Assembly (NCBI GenBank): GCA_051866635.1
Contig: JBJDXJ010000038.1
Location: 1-64,000 of the forward strand
DNA: 64,000 bases
Direction: 5' to 3'
Source: Clostridia bacterium
Lineage (GTDB): Bacteria; Bacillota; Clostridia; UMGS1883
Part shown: positions 49,434 through 60,142 of the stretch, piece by piece
Numbering within the stretch: the stretch's first letter is position 1
How the letters are laid out: each line of letters opens with the position of its first letter
Program-made: the position numbers and the translations under genes
The notes under the pieces: generated by a model
Told to the model about the DNA's origin: nothing
Database searches by the model: none
The model's input: only the letters and a program-made list of their open reading frames with translations

Positions 49434-49892
49434 ATGTCAGTGATGGATTCCATAAAGAAATTTGTATTTCCTGCCGTTGATGATATTGACGATGAATACG
49501 AAGACGAGGCATCAGTAAAGCCTCAGGGTGCACCAAAAGCCCCCATTAAAGAGGAATTTTCCGCAACAGGCGTAAAAAAAGGCAAGGTTGTACGTTTTAA
49601 CACAGGTGCAATTTCTCAGATTGTAGTTGTAAAGCTTGACTCAAATTCAGGCGTAAAGGTTATTATCGATAATTTGAAAAACAATATCCCCGTAATTTTT
49701 AATATTGCACGTCTTGACAGAAGTGATGCAGTAAGGGTAGTGGATGTTGTTTACGGTGCATCCTACGGTCTTGAAGGCAGTATGCAGAAGGTGAGCAATG
49801 ATATTTTCGTTGTAGCACCCCACAATATGGAAATTACAGGCGATATCGCCGAAAAAATCCTGGGTGTTGACGATTTTTCATGGGATGTGTAA
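49434..49892 (+). CDS. sepF: Cell division protein SepF
   Basis: I.DNLK...PVIFN, RVVD..YGA.YGLEG.MQKV...IFVVAP; ylm cluster position. Confidence 0.85.
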   Translation: MSVMDSIKKFVFPAVDDIDDEYEDEASVKPQGAPKAPIKEEFSATGVKKGKVVRFNTGAISQIVVVKLDSNSGVKVIIDNLKNNIPVIFNIARLDRSDAVRVVDVVYGASYGLEGSMQKVSNDIFVVAPHNMEITGDIAEKILGVDDFSWDV

Positions 49893-50657
49893 ATGAATAA
49901 CCGTGAAAAATTCCTGTCATCCCTGGAAAAGGATGATAAGGAAACATTGGCAAAGGTTTTTGACAAATCTCAGCTTTGTTTGAAAATAGGCAGGGAAACG
50001 TTCACCTCCTTTTTGTCAGAGAGGGAATATTCTCTCGTGCTTGAAAGACAAAAGAATATTGACTCTGTTCCCTTCTACGCCTTTGGTGGCTTTACGGGGG
50101 CAGGACGGGTTATGCTGTGCTTTGGTGAAGAAGAGGCACCCTTCCCCATAAGTGCAATAACCATTACAGGTAAAGGTATTGAAAAATTAAAGCACCCCGA
50201 CTTTTTAGGCAGTCTTATGAGCATGGGGATTGAACGCCACAGCTTAGGCGACATTGTCATGGGTACAGACAGGTGCGTTGTATTTGCCGAAGATGCAATT
50301 GCCGGGTATATTGCAACGAATTTAACTATGGTTGGCGGTGTATATGTGGAATGTAGTGTTTCGCCATCATATGATGTGGAAATTACACATACCTTTGAAG
50401 AAATCTCAGGTACGGTGGCATCCCTTCGTGCTGACAGCGTTGTAAGCGTAATGCTTAAATCCTCAAGAAGCAAGGCTGTGGAATATATCGAAGGACAGAA
50501 ATTTTTCTTAAACCAAATCTTATGCACAAAATGCGATAAAGAAATTAAAGAAAATGATATTTTAACAGTCCGTCATCACGGCAAGGCAAAGGTTTGTGAT
50601 ATATCGGGCAGAAGCAAAAAAGGGCGTATTTTTGTAAAACTTGAAAAATATATGTGA
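49893..50657 (+). CDS. ylmH: YlmH S4-domain RNA-binding protein
   Basis: HPDFLGSLM.MGIER..LGDI, VASLRADSV, RSK, GK. Confidence 0.88.
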   Translation: MNNREKFLSSLEKDDKETLAKVFDKSQLCLKIGRETFTSFLSEREYSLVLERQKNIDSVPFYAFGGFTGAGRVMLCFGEEEAPFPISAITITGKGIEKLKHPDFLGSLMSMGIERHSLGDIVMGTDRCVVFAEDAIAGYIATNLTMVGGVYVECSVSPSYDVEITHTFEEISGTVASLRADSVVSVMLKSSRSKAVEYIEGQKFFLNQILCTKCDKEIKENDILTVRHHGKAKVCDISGRSKKGRIFVKLEKYM

Positions 50658-50668
50658 GGAGGGCTATT

Positions 50669-51163
50669 ATGCTTACACCACTTGAAATTCAGAAAATTGA
50701 ATTTAAAAAGAAAATGGGCAAGTACGTAGCAAACGATGTTGATGAAATCTTAGGCGTAATTTCTGCCGACTATGAAACTTTGTACAAGGAAAATATAAAG
50801 CTTCGTGATAAGCTGGAAGTTTTAGAGGATTTGGTCAACAAGTACAAGACCATGGAGGACACAATGCGTGATACCCTTGTTGTGGCACAGAAGGCTGCCG
50901 ATGATTTGGCAAAGGGTGCCACACAAAAGGCTGAAAACATAATCGCCCGTGCAGAAAAAGAAGCTGAAATGATTTGCGAAGGTGCACGTATCAAAGCAAA
51001 TCAGACCTTCAGCGAAAGTGAAAAGCTGAAAAATGATATTTATACATACAGTGTACAGGTTGAAAACATATTGAATGCACAAAAACAGCTTGTGGCACAG
51101 ATTCTTAATTTAAGGAGTGATAGTAATGGATTACAGTCAGACGCTGAATCTTCCGAAAACTGA
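50669..51163 (+). CDS. divIVA: DivIVA domain protein
   Basis: MLTPLEIQ..EF....GKY...VDE.L, coiled coil, TLVVAQ. Confidence 0.9.
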   Translation: MLTPLEIQKIEFKKKMGKYVANDVDEILGVISADYETLYKENIKLRDKLEVLEDLVNKYKTMEDTMRDTLVVAQKAADDLAKGATQKAENIIARAEKEAEMICEGARIKANQTFSESEKLKNDIYTYSVQVENILNAQKQLVAQILNLRSDSNGLQSDAESSEN

Positions 51164-53873
51164 TTTCCCCATGAGGGCATCTCTTCCTCAGAGAGAGCCT
51201 GAAATACTTGACAGATGGCTTAGTGAAGACCTTTACGGTAAATTGATGGCACATAACGAGGGTAAGCCCCTCTTTATCCTTCATGACGGCCCTCCCTATG
51301 CTAACGGTGATATGCATATGGGTCATGCATTGAACAAAACATTAAAGGATATTATCACACGTTATAAGAATATGAGTGGCTTTAAGGCACCTTATATCCA
51401 CGGTTGGGACACTCACGGTCTTCCCATTGAAAGACAGGCTATTAAAAAGCTTGGTATAAACCGTGAAAGTGCAGGCCCTGTTAAGTTCCGTGAAACATGC
51501 CGTGACTTTGCACTGGGCTATGTTGAAAATCAGAAAAAGCAAATTCAACGTCTTGGCTCAATCGGTGACTGGGACGATATTTATGTAACACTTGACCCCA
51601 AGTTTGAAGCCGAGCAAATCCGTATTTTCGGTGCAATGGCAAAAAAGGGCTATATTTACCGCGGTCTTAAGCCTATTTACTGGTGCCCTGATTGTGAAAC
51701 AGCCTTGGCAGAAGCTGAAATTGAATATGCAGAAGACAAAACAAACTCCATCTACGTTAAGTTTAACGTGAAGGAGGACAACGGCTTATTTGAAAAATTC
51801 GGCATTGACAAGAAGGACGTATACTTCGTTATATGGACAACAACAACATGGACACTTCCTGCCAACGTTGCAATTTCCCTTAACCCCGACTTTGAATACA
51901 GCTTAGTTAAAGCAAATGGCGAAGTTTACGTTATTGCAACAGAGCTTGTTGAAAATGCAATGGCTGAAGGCGGCATTACACAGTACGAAACTGTAGGCAC
52001 ACTTAAGGGCAGTGAAATGGAATATGTTGTGTGTCAGCATCCCTTTATCGAAGACAGGGAAAGCCTTATTATCGTAGGTGACCACGTAACACTTGATGCC
52101 GGTACAGGTTGTGTACACACTGCTCCCGGTCACGGTGTTGAAGACTATATTGTATGCCAGAAGTATAAACAGCTCCCCATCGTTGTTCCCGTTGACTCTA
52201 AGGGTTATTTAAACGAGCTTGCAGGGGAATTTAACGGTCTTTTCTATGAAAAGAGTAACGAAAAGATTATTGAAAGATTAAAGAAGGACAATGCACTTTT
52301 TGCAATAACTCCCATTATCCACCAGTACCCTCACTGCTGGAGATGCCATGAACCTATTGTGTTCCGTGCAACAGAACAGTGGTTTGCTTCCGTTGATGAT
52401 ATTAAGGAAGCGGCAGTTAAGGAAATCGAAAAGGTAAAGTGGATTCCCGCTTGGGGCGAAGACAGGATTAAGTCTATGGTTGTTGACCGAAATGACTGGT
52501 GTATTTCCCGTCAGAGAACATGGGGCGTTCCCATTCCGATTTTCTATTGTGCAGATTGTAAGAAGCCTTTGGTTACTGATGAATCCATTGAAGCTGTAGC
52601 ACGCCTCTTTGGCGAAGAAGGCTCTATTGCATGGTGTACACATGAAGCTGAAGAAATTTTGCCTGAAGGTACAAAGTGTGAATGTGGATGCAGTAAGTTC
52701 ACAAAGGAAAAGGACATTATGGATGTATGGTTTGACTCAGGAAGCAGCCATGCAGGTGTACTTGATGTTAAAAAGTCCCTTACATTCCCCGCGGATGTTT
52801 ACCTTGAAGGTAACGACCAGTACCGTGGTTGGTTCCAGTCCTCACTTTTAACTTCCGTTGCGGCACGTGGCTGTGCACCTTATAAAACAGTTATCACGCA
52901 TGGTATGATTGTTGACCAGACAGGTGCAAAGATGAGTAAGAGCAAGGGCAATGGTATTGCTCCCTCTGACATTATAGATAAATATGGTGCCGACATACTC
53001 CGTTTGTGGGTTGTATCTGCCGACTATAAGACAGATATGAGAATTTCCGATGAAATCTTGAAACAGCTCAGCGAAGCCTACAGAAAAATCAGAAATACTG
53101 CACGTTTCATCTTAGGTAACATTTCCGATTTTAACCCCGATTGCGACATGGTTTCCTATGAAGATATGCAGGAAATTGACAAGTGGGCGTTGATAAGATT
53201 AAACAAACTTGTAGAAAAGGTTATTTCTGCATATGATTCCTATGAATTCCATATGATTTATCACAATATCCACAACTTCTGTGTTGTAGATATGAGTAAC
53301 GTATATCTTGATATTATCAAGGACCGCCTTTATACCCAAAAGGCTGACAGCAAGGAAAGAAGAAGTGCACAGAGTGCTATGTACATTGTACTTGACTCTA
53401 TCGTTAAGCTTATTGCACCCTTCCTTTGCTATACCTCCGAAGAAATCTGGAGCTACATGCCCCATAAGGCAACAGACGAGGATTTCTCCGTTACAATGAA
53501 CGACATGCCCAAGGTAAACCCCGCATATGTTGACGATGAAATCGAACAAAAGTGGGATAGACTCCTTTCCATTCGTGAAAAAGTGCTTAAGGCACTTGAA
53601 GAAGAAAGAGCTGCTAAGAGAATCGGTAAGAGTCTTGAAGCGGCAGTTACAATAACTGCGGATGGTGATTACGAGTTCCTTAAGAATATTGAAGCAACTC
53701 TTGCTGAAGTATTTATTGTTTCCTCTGTCAAGGTGGAAAAGGGCGAAGATAATATTGCTATAACTGCTGCAGAAGGCACAAAGTGTGAAAGATGCTGGAC
53801 TGTTTCCAAGTCTGTGGGTACAATTTCAGCACACCCCACTATTTGTGCAAGATGTGCGGCTAACTTAGAATGA
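51126..53873 (+). CDS. ileS: Isoleucine--tRNA ligase
   Basis: TLNLPKTDFPMR, HDGPPYANG..HMGH, WCISRQR, KMSKS, C-terminal CERC..C.RC. Confidence 0.97.
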   Translation: MDYSQTLNLPKTDFPMRASLPQREPEILDRWLSEDLYGKLMAHNEGKPLFILHDGPPYANGDMHMGHALNKTLKDIITRYKNMSGFKAPYIHGWDTHGLPIERQAIKKLGINRESAGPVKFRETCRDFALGYVENQKKQIQRLGSIGDWDDIYVTLDPKFEAEQIRIFGAMAKKGYIYRGLKPIYWCPDCETALAEAEIEYAEDKTNSIYVKFNVKEDNGLFEKFGIDKKDVYFVIWTTTTWTLPANVAISLNPDFEYSLVKANGEVYVIATELVENAMAEGGITQYETVGTLKGSEMEYVVCQHPFIEDRESLIIVGDHVTLDAGTGCVHTAPGHGVEDYIVCQKYKQLPIVVPVDSKGYLNELAGEFNGLFYEKSNEKIIERLKKDNALFAITPIIHQYPHCWRCHEPIVFRATEQWFASVDDIKEAAVKEIEKVKWIPAWGEDRIKSMVVDRNDWCISRQRTWGVPIPIFYCADCKKPLVTDESIEAVARLFGEEGSIAWCTHEAEEILPEGTKCECGCSKFTKEKDIMDVWFDSGSSHAGVLDVKKSLTFPADVYLEGNDQYRGWFQSSLLTSVAARGCAPYKTVITHGMIVDQTGAKMSKSKGNGIAPSDIIDKYGADILRLWVVSADYKTDMRISDEILKQLSEAYRKIRNTARFILGNISDFNPDCDMVSYEDMQEIDKWALIRLNKLVEKVISAYDSYEFHMIYHNIHNFCVVDMSNVYLDIIKDRLYTQKADSKERRSAQSAMYIVLDSIVKLIAPFLCYTSEEIWSYMPHKATDEDFSVTMNDMPKVNPAYVDDEIEQKWDRLLSIREKVLKALEEERAAKRIGKSLEAAVTITADGDYEFLKNIEATLAEVFIVSSVKVEKGEDNIAITAAEGTKCERCWTVSKSVGTISAHPTICARCAANLE

Positions 53874-53877
53874 TTTT

Positions 53878-53913
53878 TTTCGTCACAGAGGAAGTGTTTC
53901 CTCTGTGACGAAA
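53878..53913. other. Perfect 16-bp hairpin between ileS and lspA without a 3' U-tract
   Basis: TTTCGTCACAGAGGAA-GTGT-TTCCTCTGTGACGAAA. Confidence 0.6.
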
Positions 53914-53925
53914 TGCTATGGAGAG

Positions 53926-54402
53926 ATGATTTTGAAAAAGAGTCTTGTAGTTAAATATTCCGTTTTTTCATTAATTGCTGTTATTATATGTGTTTTAGAC
54001 CAAGCGACAAAGTCTTATATTGCATCTACCTTTATAACAGGCGAAACAAGAAATGTTATATCGGGAATTTTAAATTTCACCTATGTTAAGAACAAGGGTG
54101 CCGCATTCGGTATGCTCCAAGGGCAGAAGGTAGCATTTCTCGTTCTTACGGTGGTTGTTTTTGTTGCGGCAATATGGTACATCGGCAAGCACCGCCCTGA
54201 AAGCTCGCTGTTTCTTTGTGCTATAAGCTTTATTCTTTCAGGTGCTGTAGGTAACGCTATTGATCGTGTTATGTTAGGCTTTGTCCGTGACTTTATCGAA
54301 GTGGCATTTATAAACTTCCCTGTATTCAATATAGCTGACTGTGCCATCTGTATAGGGGCAGGTTTACTTATTATACATGCATTCAGAAACACCGAGGAGT
54401 AA
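53926..54402 (+). CDS. lspA: Lipoprotein signal peptidase II
   Basis: DQATK, NKGAAFG, GAVGNAIDR, VRDF, FPVFNIAD. Confidence 0.95.
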   Translation: MILKKSLVVKYSVFSLIAVIICVLDQATKSYIASTFITGETRNVISGILNFTYVKNKGAAFGMLQGQKVAFLVLTVVVFVAAIWYIGKHRPESSLFLCAISFILSGAVGNAIDRVMLGFVRDFIEVAFINFPVFNIADCAICIGAGLLIIHAFRNTEE

Positions 54403-54403
54403 T

Positions 54404-55330
54404 ATGACAGATAAGATAGTATTAGAAGCAACAGAAAACGCACGGTGCGATAAATTTATTGCCGAAAATGTACAGGGCGTTTCACGCTCACACATCAAAC
54501 GCCTTTTTGATGAAGGAAAGGTGTTTGTAAACGGCGTAGAGAGAAGTGCTTCCTATAAATTAAAAATAGGGGACGAAATCACATTTGAAATCCCCGAAAC
54601 TCAGGAAATTGATGCTGAACCTGAAAATATCCCCATTGATATTGTGTACGAGGACGATTACCTTCTTGTAATAAATAAAAAGCGTGGTATGGTAGTTCAT
54701 CCCGCACCGGGAAACAATTCGGGAACACTTGTTAATGCAATCCTTTATCACTGTCAAGGTAACCTTTCGGGCATTAACGGAAAAATAAGGCCCGGTATTG
54801 TCCACAGAATAGATAAGGACACAACGGGGCTACTTGTTGTGGCAAAAACTAACGAAGCACACCTTTGTCTGTCGGACCAGCTTGGGGACAGAAGTCTGTC
54901 AAGGGAGTATTACGCACTTGTTCACGGGAACATAAAAGAGGACAGCGGCACAGTTGACGCTCCCATTGCCAGAAGCCTTACCGACCGTAAGAAAATGGCG
55001 GTGTCATATAAAAACAGCCGTGAAGCGGTAACTGACTTTTTTGTTGAAGAACGCTTCGGCATGTACACTCTTGTGCGTTGCAAATTAAGAACGGGCAGAA
55101 CACATCAGATACGTGTTCATATGAAACACATCGGTCACCCCATTGTAGGGGATAAGGCATACGGTGTAAAAAAGGAAGAATTTAATCTTGAAGGACAGCT
55201 CCTTCATGCAGGCAAAATCGGTTTTATACACCCTGAAAGCGGGGAAAGGGTCAGCTTTTCTGCACCTATTCCCGAAGACTTTCAGAAGGTTTTAGATATA
55301 CTTTTTAACAGAAGAGAAAGAGAGGATTGA
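54404..55330 (+). CDS. rluD: RluA/RluD-family pseudouridine synthase
   Basis: S4 domain, [34 protein letters not shown]. Confidence 0.9.
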   Translation: MTDKIVLEATENARCDKFIAENVQGVSRSHIKRLFDEGKVFVNGVERSASYKLKIGDEITFEIPETQEIDAEPENIPIDIVYEDDYLLVINKKRGMVVHPAPGNNSGTLVNAILYHCQGNLSGINGKIRPGIVHRIDKDTTGLLVVAKTNEAHLCLSDQLGDRSLSREYYALVHGNIKEDSGTVDAPIARSLTDRKKMAVSYKNSREAVTDFFVEERFGMYTLVRCKLRTGRTHQIRVHMKHIGHPIVGDKAYGVKKEEFNLEGQLLHAGKIGFIHPESGERVSFSAPIPEDFQKVLDILFNRRERED

Positions 55331-55332
55331 CC

Positions 55333-56250
55333 ATGATTTCAGGAAGAAAGGACCTTTTAGGTATCCGGGAGCTTTCCAAAGAAGACATTATAGCTATTTT
55401 GGACAAGGCAGACGAAATGAAGAAAATTGTAAAATCGGACAATAAGAAAATTTCGGCCTTACAAGGCAAAAGCGTAATCACCTTGTTTTATGAAAATTCC
55501 ACAAGAACACGCACAAGCTTTGAACTTGCAAGTAAGTATATGGGTGCATCCAGTGCCAATATCGCCGCATCAGGCTCATCTATTCAGAAGGGTGAATCAC
55601 TTATTGACACAGGTAAAACTCTTGACTCTATGGGTACAGACGCTATAATAATCCGTCACAGTGCATCAGGTGCCCCTCATCTTCTGGCAAAGAACGTTAA
55701 GGCAAGCGTTATAAACGCAGGGGACGGCATGAACGAGCATCCCACACAGGCCCTTTTGGATATGCTTACAATTCGTGAAAAGAAGGGCAAAATCGAAGGC
55801 TTAAAGGTTGCAATAATCGGTGATGTTACACATTCACGAGTTGCAAGAAGCGACACCTTTGCTTTAACAAAATTAGGTGCAGAAGTCTTTATTGCAGGTC
55901 CTCCCACACTTATACCTTTGGATTTTGAAAAATTGGGCAATGTTGTAATGTGTGAAAGCGTAGAGGAAGCAATCTTTGAAGCTGATGTTATAATTAACCT
56001 CCGTATTCAGCTTGAAAGACAAAAGTCTGCTCTTTTCCCGACGGTACGTGAATACAGCGAATTTTTCGGCATGAGCTTAGACAGGCTGAAATTTGCAAAG
56101 CCCGATGCACTTATTATGCACCCCGGTCCCGTAAACCGCGGTATTGAAATTTCCACATACGTTGCAGACTGTGACCAAAGCGTAATTAACGAACAGGTTA
56201 CAAGCGGTGTTGCGGTACGAATGGCAGTATTGGACATGTTGTGTAACTGA
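55333..56250 (+). CDS. pyrB: Aspartate carbamoyltransferase
   Basis: [37 protein letters not shown]. Confidence 0.96.
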   Translation: MISGRKDLLGIRELSKEDIIAILDKADEMKKIVKSDNKKISALQGKSVITLFYENSTRTRTSFELASKYMGASSANIAASGSSIQKGESLIDTGKTLDSMGTDAIIIRHSASGAPHLLAKNVKASVINAGDGMNEHPTQALLDMLTIREKKGKIEGLKVAIIGDVTHSRVARSDTFALTKLGAEVFIAGPPTLIPLDFEKLGNVVMCESVEEAIFEADVIINLRIQLERQKSALFPTVREYSEFFGMSLDRLKFAKPDALIMHPGPVNRGIEISTYVADCDQSVINEQVTSGVAVRMAVLDMLCN

Positions 56251-56287
56251 TTTACGGTATTACTTTATAGCATAGGGAGGAATAAGT

Positions 56288-57562
56288 ATGAAATTACTGG
56301 TAAAAAACGGTCATATTATAGATTTGAAGAATAACCTTGATATGTACGGTGATATTTTAGTTTTAGACGGTGTTATCGTACAGATTGGTGAAAATATTGA
56401 AGATAGCGAAGCGGAAATTATAGATGCTAAGGGCATGGTTGTTTCCGCAGGTCTTATAGACATGCACGTTCACCTTCGTGAACCCGGGTTTGAATATAAG
56501 GAGGATATAATGACAGGAACAAAGGCGGCAGCTGCGGGGGGATTTACCTCTGTTTGCTGTATGCCCAACACAAAGCCTGTATGCGACAACGGTGCAGTTG
56601 CAAGCTTTATCCGTTCCCGTGCAGAAAAGGTTGCCTCCTGTAGGGTTTTCCCTGTAGGTGCAATCACAAAGGGACTTGAAGGTGTGGAGCTTGCTGAAAT
56701 GGGCGAAATGAAGAAGGAGGGCATTGTTGCGGTATCTGACGACGGCAGACCTGTTTCAAACGGTTCCGTTATGCGTAGGGCACTTATGTATGCATCACAT
56801 TTTGACCTTCCCGTAATAAGCCACTGTGAAGAATTAAGCCTTCTTGACTCAGGCAGTATGAACGACTCGGAAACTTGTACATTATTGGGACTTCGCCCCA
56901 TTGTTCCCGCTGTTGAGGAAGCAATGGTTGCCCGTGACATTTTAATTGCGGAACACGAAAAGAAGAGAGTACACATTGCCCACGTAAGCACACGGGGAAG
57001 TGTTGATTTAATCCGTCAGGCTAAACGCCGCGGTGTACTTGTTACATGCGAAACGGCACCTCACTATTTCTCTCTTACAGATAAAGCGGTAGCCGGCTAT
57101 AACACAAACGCAAAGATGAATCCTCCCCTTCGCAGTCAGGATGATGTTGATGCTATTGTTGAAGGACTTTGTGACGGTACTATCGATGCAATCATCACAG
57201 ACCATGCACCACACCATATTGACGAAAAGAACCTTGAATTTGACTATGCGGCAAACGGCATTGTGGGACTTGAAACCTCCCTTGCACTTAGCATAACATA
57301 TCTTGTTAAAACAGGCAAAATGACACTTGGGGAAATGCTCTTGAAGATGACAAGTAACCCTTCGGGCATTTTGAACTTAGGCTTAGGCGAAATTGCATTA
57401 GGTGCAATAGCTGACCTTACTATTTTTGACCCTGACGAAATATGGACTGTTGATGTGAATAAGTTTAATTCAAAGAGCAAAAACTCACCCTATGACGGAT
57501 ATACTCTGTCGGGTAAAGCTCATGTTACTATTGTAGAGGGACGGGTGATGTATAATGGATAA
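56288..57562 (+). CDS. pyrC: Dihydroorotase
   Basis: [29 protein letters not shown]. Confidence 0.95.
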   Translation: MKLLVKNGHIIDLKNNLDMYGDILVLDGVIVQIGENIEDSEAEIIDAKGMVVSAGLIDMHVHLREPGFEYKEDIMTGTKAAAAGGFTSVCCMPNTKPVCDNGAVASFIRSRAEKVASCRVFPVGAITKGLEGVELAEMGEMKKEGIVAVSDDGRPVSNGSVMRRALMYASHFDLPVISHCEELSLLDSGSMNDSETCTLLGLRPIVPAVEEAMVARDILIAEHEKKRVHIAHVSTRGSVDLIRQAKRRGVLVTCETAPHYFSLTDKAVAGYNTNAKMNPPLRSQDDVDAIVEGLCDGTIDAIITDHAPHHIDEKNLEFDYAANGIVGLETSLALSITYLVKTGKMTLGEMLLKMTSNPSGILNLGLGEIALGAIADLTIFDPDEIWTVDVNKFNSKSKNSPYDGYTLSGKAHVTIVEGRVMYNG

Positions 57563-58475
57563 ACTCATTAAAAAAATTATTGAAAAGGATATGAACCCCA
57601 CTGTTGCAGGTTTGGATCCCAAACTTGACTATGTACCTGATTTTATTAAGATACCCTGCATGGAAAAGGCTGGGGATAATCTTGCAAAGGGTGCGGCAGA
57701 TGCACTTTATGAATTTAACAAGGTTTTAATTGATAACCTTTATGACATTGTTCCCGCTGTTAAGCCACAAAGTGCCTACTACGAAATGTACGGCATTGAA
57801 GGCATTAAGTGCCTTCAGAAAACTATGGAATATGCCAAAGAAAAAGGTATGTATGTGCTTTTGGATGTAAAGCGTGGCGACATCGGTGCAACGGCAGAGG
57901 CCTATTCCGCAGGATATATCGGACAGACCGACTACATGGGCAAAAAGGCAAGGAGCTTTACCCCCGATTGTATAACTGTTAACCCCTATCTTGGAACAGA
58001 CGGATTAAAACCCTTTGTTAAGGATTGCAGTGAAAATGACAAGGATATTTTCATCCTTGTTAAAACAAGTAATCCTTCTTCCGGAGAATTGCAGGATTTA
58101 AAGGTTGACGGAACACCTATCTATGAAAAAACTGCACAGATTGTATGTGATTTAGGTAAAGATTCCGTTGGCGAATACGGCTATAACCGTATCGGTGCTG
58201 TTGTTGGTGCAACATACCCCATGCAGCTTACACGCCTTCGTGAAATTATGCCAAATACATTTTTCCTTATCCCCGGCTACGGTGCACAGGGCGGAAAGGC
58301 AGAGGACTGTGCTTTGGCGTTTGACAAGAACGGTCTAGGCGGTTTGGTTAATTCCTCCCGTGGCATTATGTGTGCATATAAGAAAGGCGACTGGAAGGAT
58401 GAAGAATTCGGATTGGCGGCACGTAGAGAAGCAGAGAATATGAAGGAGGCTCTTAAAAAATGTATACTCAAGTAA
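57555..58475 (+). CDS. pyrF: Orotidine-5'-phosphate decarboxylase
   Basis: [40 protein letters not shown]. Confidence 0.95.
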   Translation: MDKLIKKIIEKDMNPTVAGLDPKLDYVPDFIKIPCMEKAGDNLAKGAADALYEFNKVLIDNLYDIVPAVKPQSAYYEMYGIEGIKCLQKTMEYAKEKGMYVLLDVKRGDIGATAEAYSAGYIGQTDYMGKKARSFTPDCITVNPYLGTDGLKPFVKDCSENDKDIFILVKTSNPSSGELQDLKVDGTPIYEKTAQIVCDLGKDSVGEYGYNRIGAVVGATYPMQLTRLREIMPNTFFLIPGYGAQGGKAEDCALAFDKNGLGGLVNSSRGIMCAYKKGDWKDEEFGLAARREAENMKEALKKCILK

Positions 58476-59206
58476 AATACTGTAAGATAGTTTCAAAAAG
58501 AGAAATTGCGAAAAATCAGATTGAGCTTCTTCTTGAAAATGAAGCTTTGGCACGTGAGGCACAGCCGGGACAGTTTGTCCACATAAATATCGGCAGTGAC
58601 AAGCACATTTTAAGGCGTCCTATCTCAATTTGTGACGCATATGATAATATTACACGTATCGTTTTTGAATTAAAAGGTGACGGTACAAGAATTTTAAGCG
58701 AAAAAAATGTTGGTGACACAATCGATCTTCTTGGCCCCTTAGGCACAGGCTTTACTGTTGACAAAGAGGCAAAGGCTGTTGTTTTAGGCGGCGGACTTGG
58801 CTCCTTCCCACTTTTGTTCCTTGCAAAGAATTTGACAAGCCCAAAGGTATTCTTGGGCTTCCGTGATAAGGAAATGGTTTGCATGGAGGAGGACTTTTCC
58901 GCCTGTGGCGAAACTGTTATTGCGACAGATAACGGCACCTACGGATATAACGGCTTTGCAATAAATGCCGCAAAGGATGCAATTGATGATTGCGACATTA
59001 TCTATGCCTGCGGACCGGGTCCCATGTTAAAAGCAGTAAAACAGCTTGCCGAAGAAAAGGGCATTAAAGCTGAAATCAGCATGGAACAGCGAATGGGATG
59101 CGGATTAGGTGCTTGCCTTGTGTGCGTTTGCAAAACACATTCAGGTTATGACAAGGTTTGCCAGAAGGGTCCCGTATTTGATGCGAAAGAGGTGGTTTTT
59201 GAATGA
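58460..59206 (+). CDS. pyrK: Dihydroorotate dehydrogenase electron transfer subunit
   Basis: PGQFV, LRRPISI, GPLG.GF, CGP.PM, MGCGLGAC..C, CQKGPVF. Confidence 0.95.
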   Translation: MYTQVKYCKIVSKREIAKNQIELLLENEALAREAQPGQFVHINIGSDKHILRRPISICDAYDNITRIVFELKGDGTRILSEKNVGDTIDLLGPLGTGFTVDKEAKAVVLGGGLGSFPLLFLAKNLTSPKVFLGFRDKEMVCMEEDFSACGETVIATDNGTYGYNGFAINAAKDAIDDCDIIYACGPGPMLKAVKQLAEEKGIKAEISMEQRMGCGLGACLVCVCKTHSGYDKVCQKGPVFDAKEVVFE

Positions 59207-60120
59207 TAAATACTAAAGTTAATTTTTGCGGTGTTGAATTTGAAAATCCCGTTGTAACAGCCAGCGGTACATTTGGCTTCGGCTATGAATATTCACAGTA
59301 TTATGATTTGGATTATATAGGCGGCATAAGCGTTAAGGGACTTACCTTAAAGCCCAGAGAGGGTAACAAACCTCCCCGTATTGCCGAAGTTTACGGTGGT
59401 ATTTTAAACAGCGTGGGACTTCAGAACCCCGGACTTGAACACTTTTTGGAATACGACTTGCCCTTTTTGAAAAACAAGTTTAAAAAGTGCAAAATTATTG
59501 CTAATATTGCCGGAAACACTGTAGAAGATTATATTGAAATGGGCAAACTTATAAGCCAAAGTAATGTTGATTTGGTTGAAATGAATATTTCCTGCCCCAA
59601 CGTAAAAGAGGGCGGTGTTGCTTTCGGTACTGACCCTTGCATGGTGGCAGAAATTACATCAAAGGTTAAAGAAAAGTGCGGAAAACCCCTTGTTGTAAAA
59701 CTTTCCCCCAATGTTACCGATATAACCGCAATTGCAAAAAGTGCCGAAAAAGCAGGTGCTGACGGACTTAGCCTTATTAACACCCTTTTGGGTATGAAAA
59801 TTGATATCAGAACACGCCGTCCCATTTTAAACAACAATGTTGGCGGTATGAGCGGCCCCGCTGTAAAGCCTGTTGCCGTAAGAATGGTATGGCAGGTTAA
59901 AAATGCTGTAAATATCCCCATTATAGGTATGGGCGGCATATGTGACGGCAATGATGCAGTTGAATTTATGCTTGCAGGTGCAAGCCTTGTATCTGTAGGT
60001 ACACAGAACTTTGTTGACCCCTATGCGGCAATAAAGACTGCATCAGGCATTGAAGAATATCTTAAAAATAATAACATCGGTGATGTAAACGAAATCATCG
60101 GGGCAGTAAAGCCTTGGTAA
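59203..60120 (+). CDS. pyrD: Dihydroorotate dehydrogenase (NAD+) catalytic subunit
   Basis: ASGTFG, NSVGLQNPG, NISCPNV, KLSPNVTD, GGMSGPA.KP. Confidence 0.95.
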   Translation: MINTKVNFCGVEFENPVVTASGTFGFGYEYSQYYDLDYIGGISVKGLTLKPREGNKPPRIAEVYGGILNSVGLQNPGLEHFLEYDLPFLKNKFKKCKIIANIAGNTVEDYIEMGKLISQSNVDLVEMNISCPNVKEGGVAFGTDPCMVAEITSKVKEKCGKPLVVKLSPNVTDITAIAKSAEKAGADGLSLINTLLGMKIDIRTRRPILNNNVGGMSGPAVKPVAVRMVWQVKNAVNIPIIGMGGICDGNDAVEFMLAGASLVSVGTQNFVDPYAAIKTASGIEEYLKNNNIGDVNEIIGAVKPW

Positions 60121-60142
60121 AAAAACGAAAAGAGTGATACAG

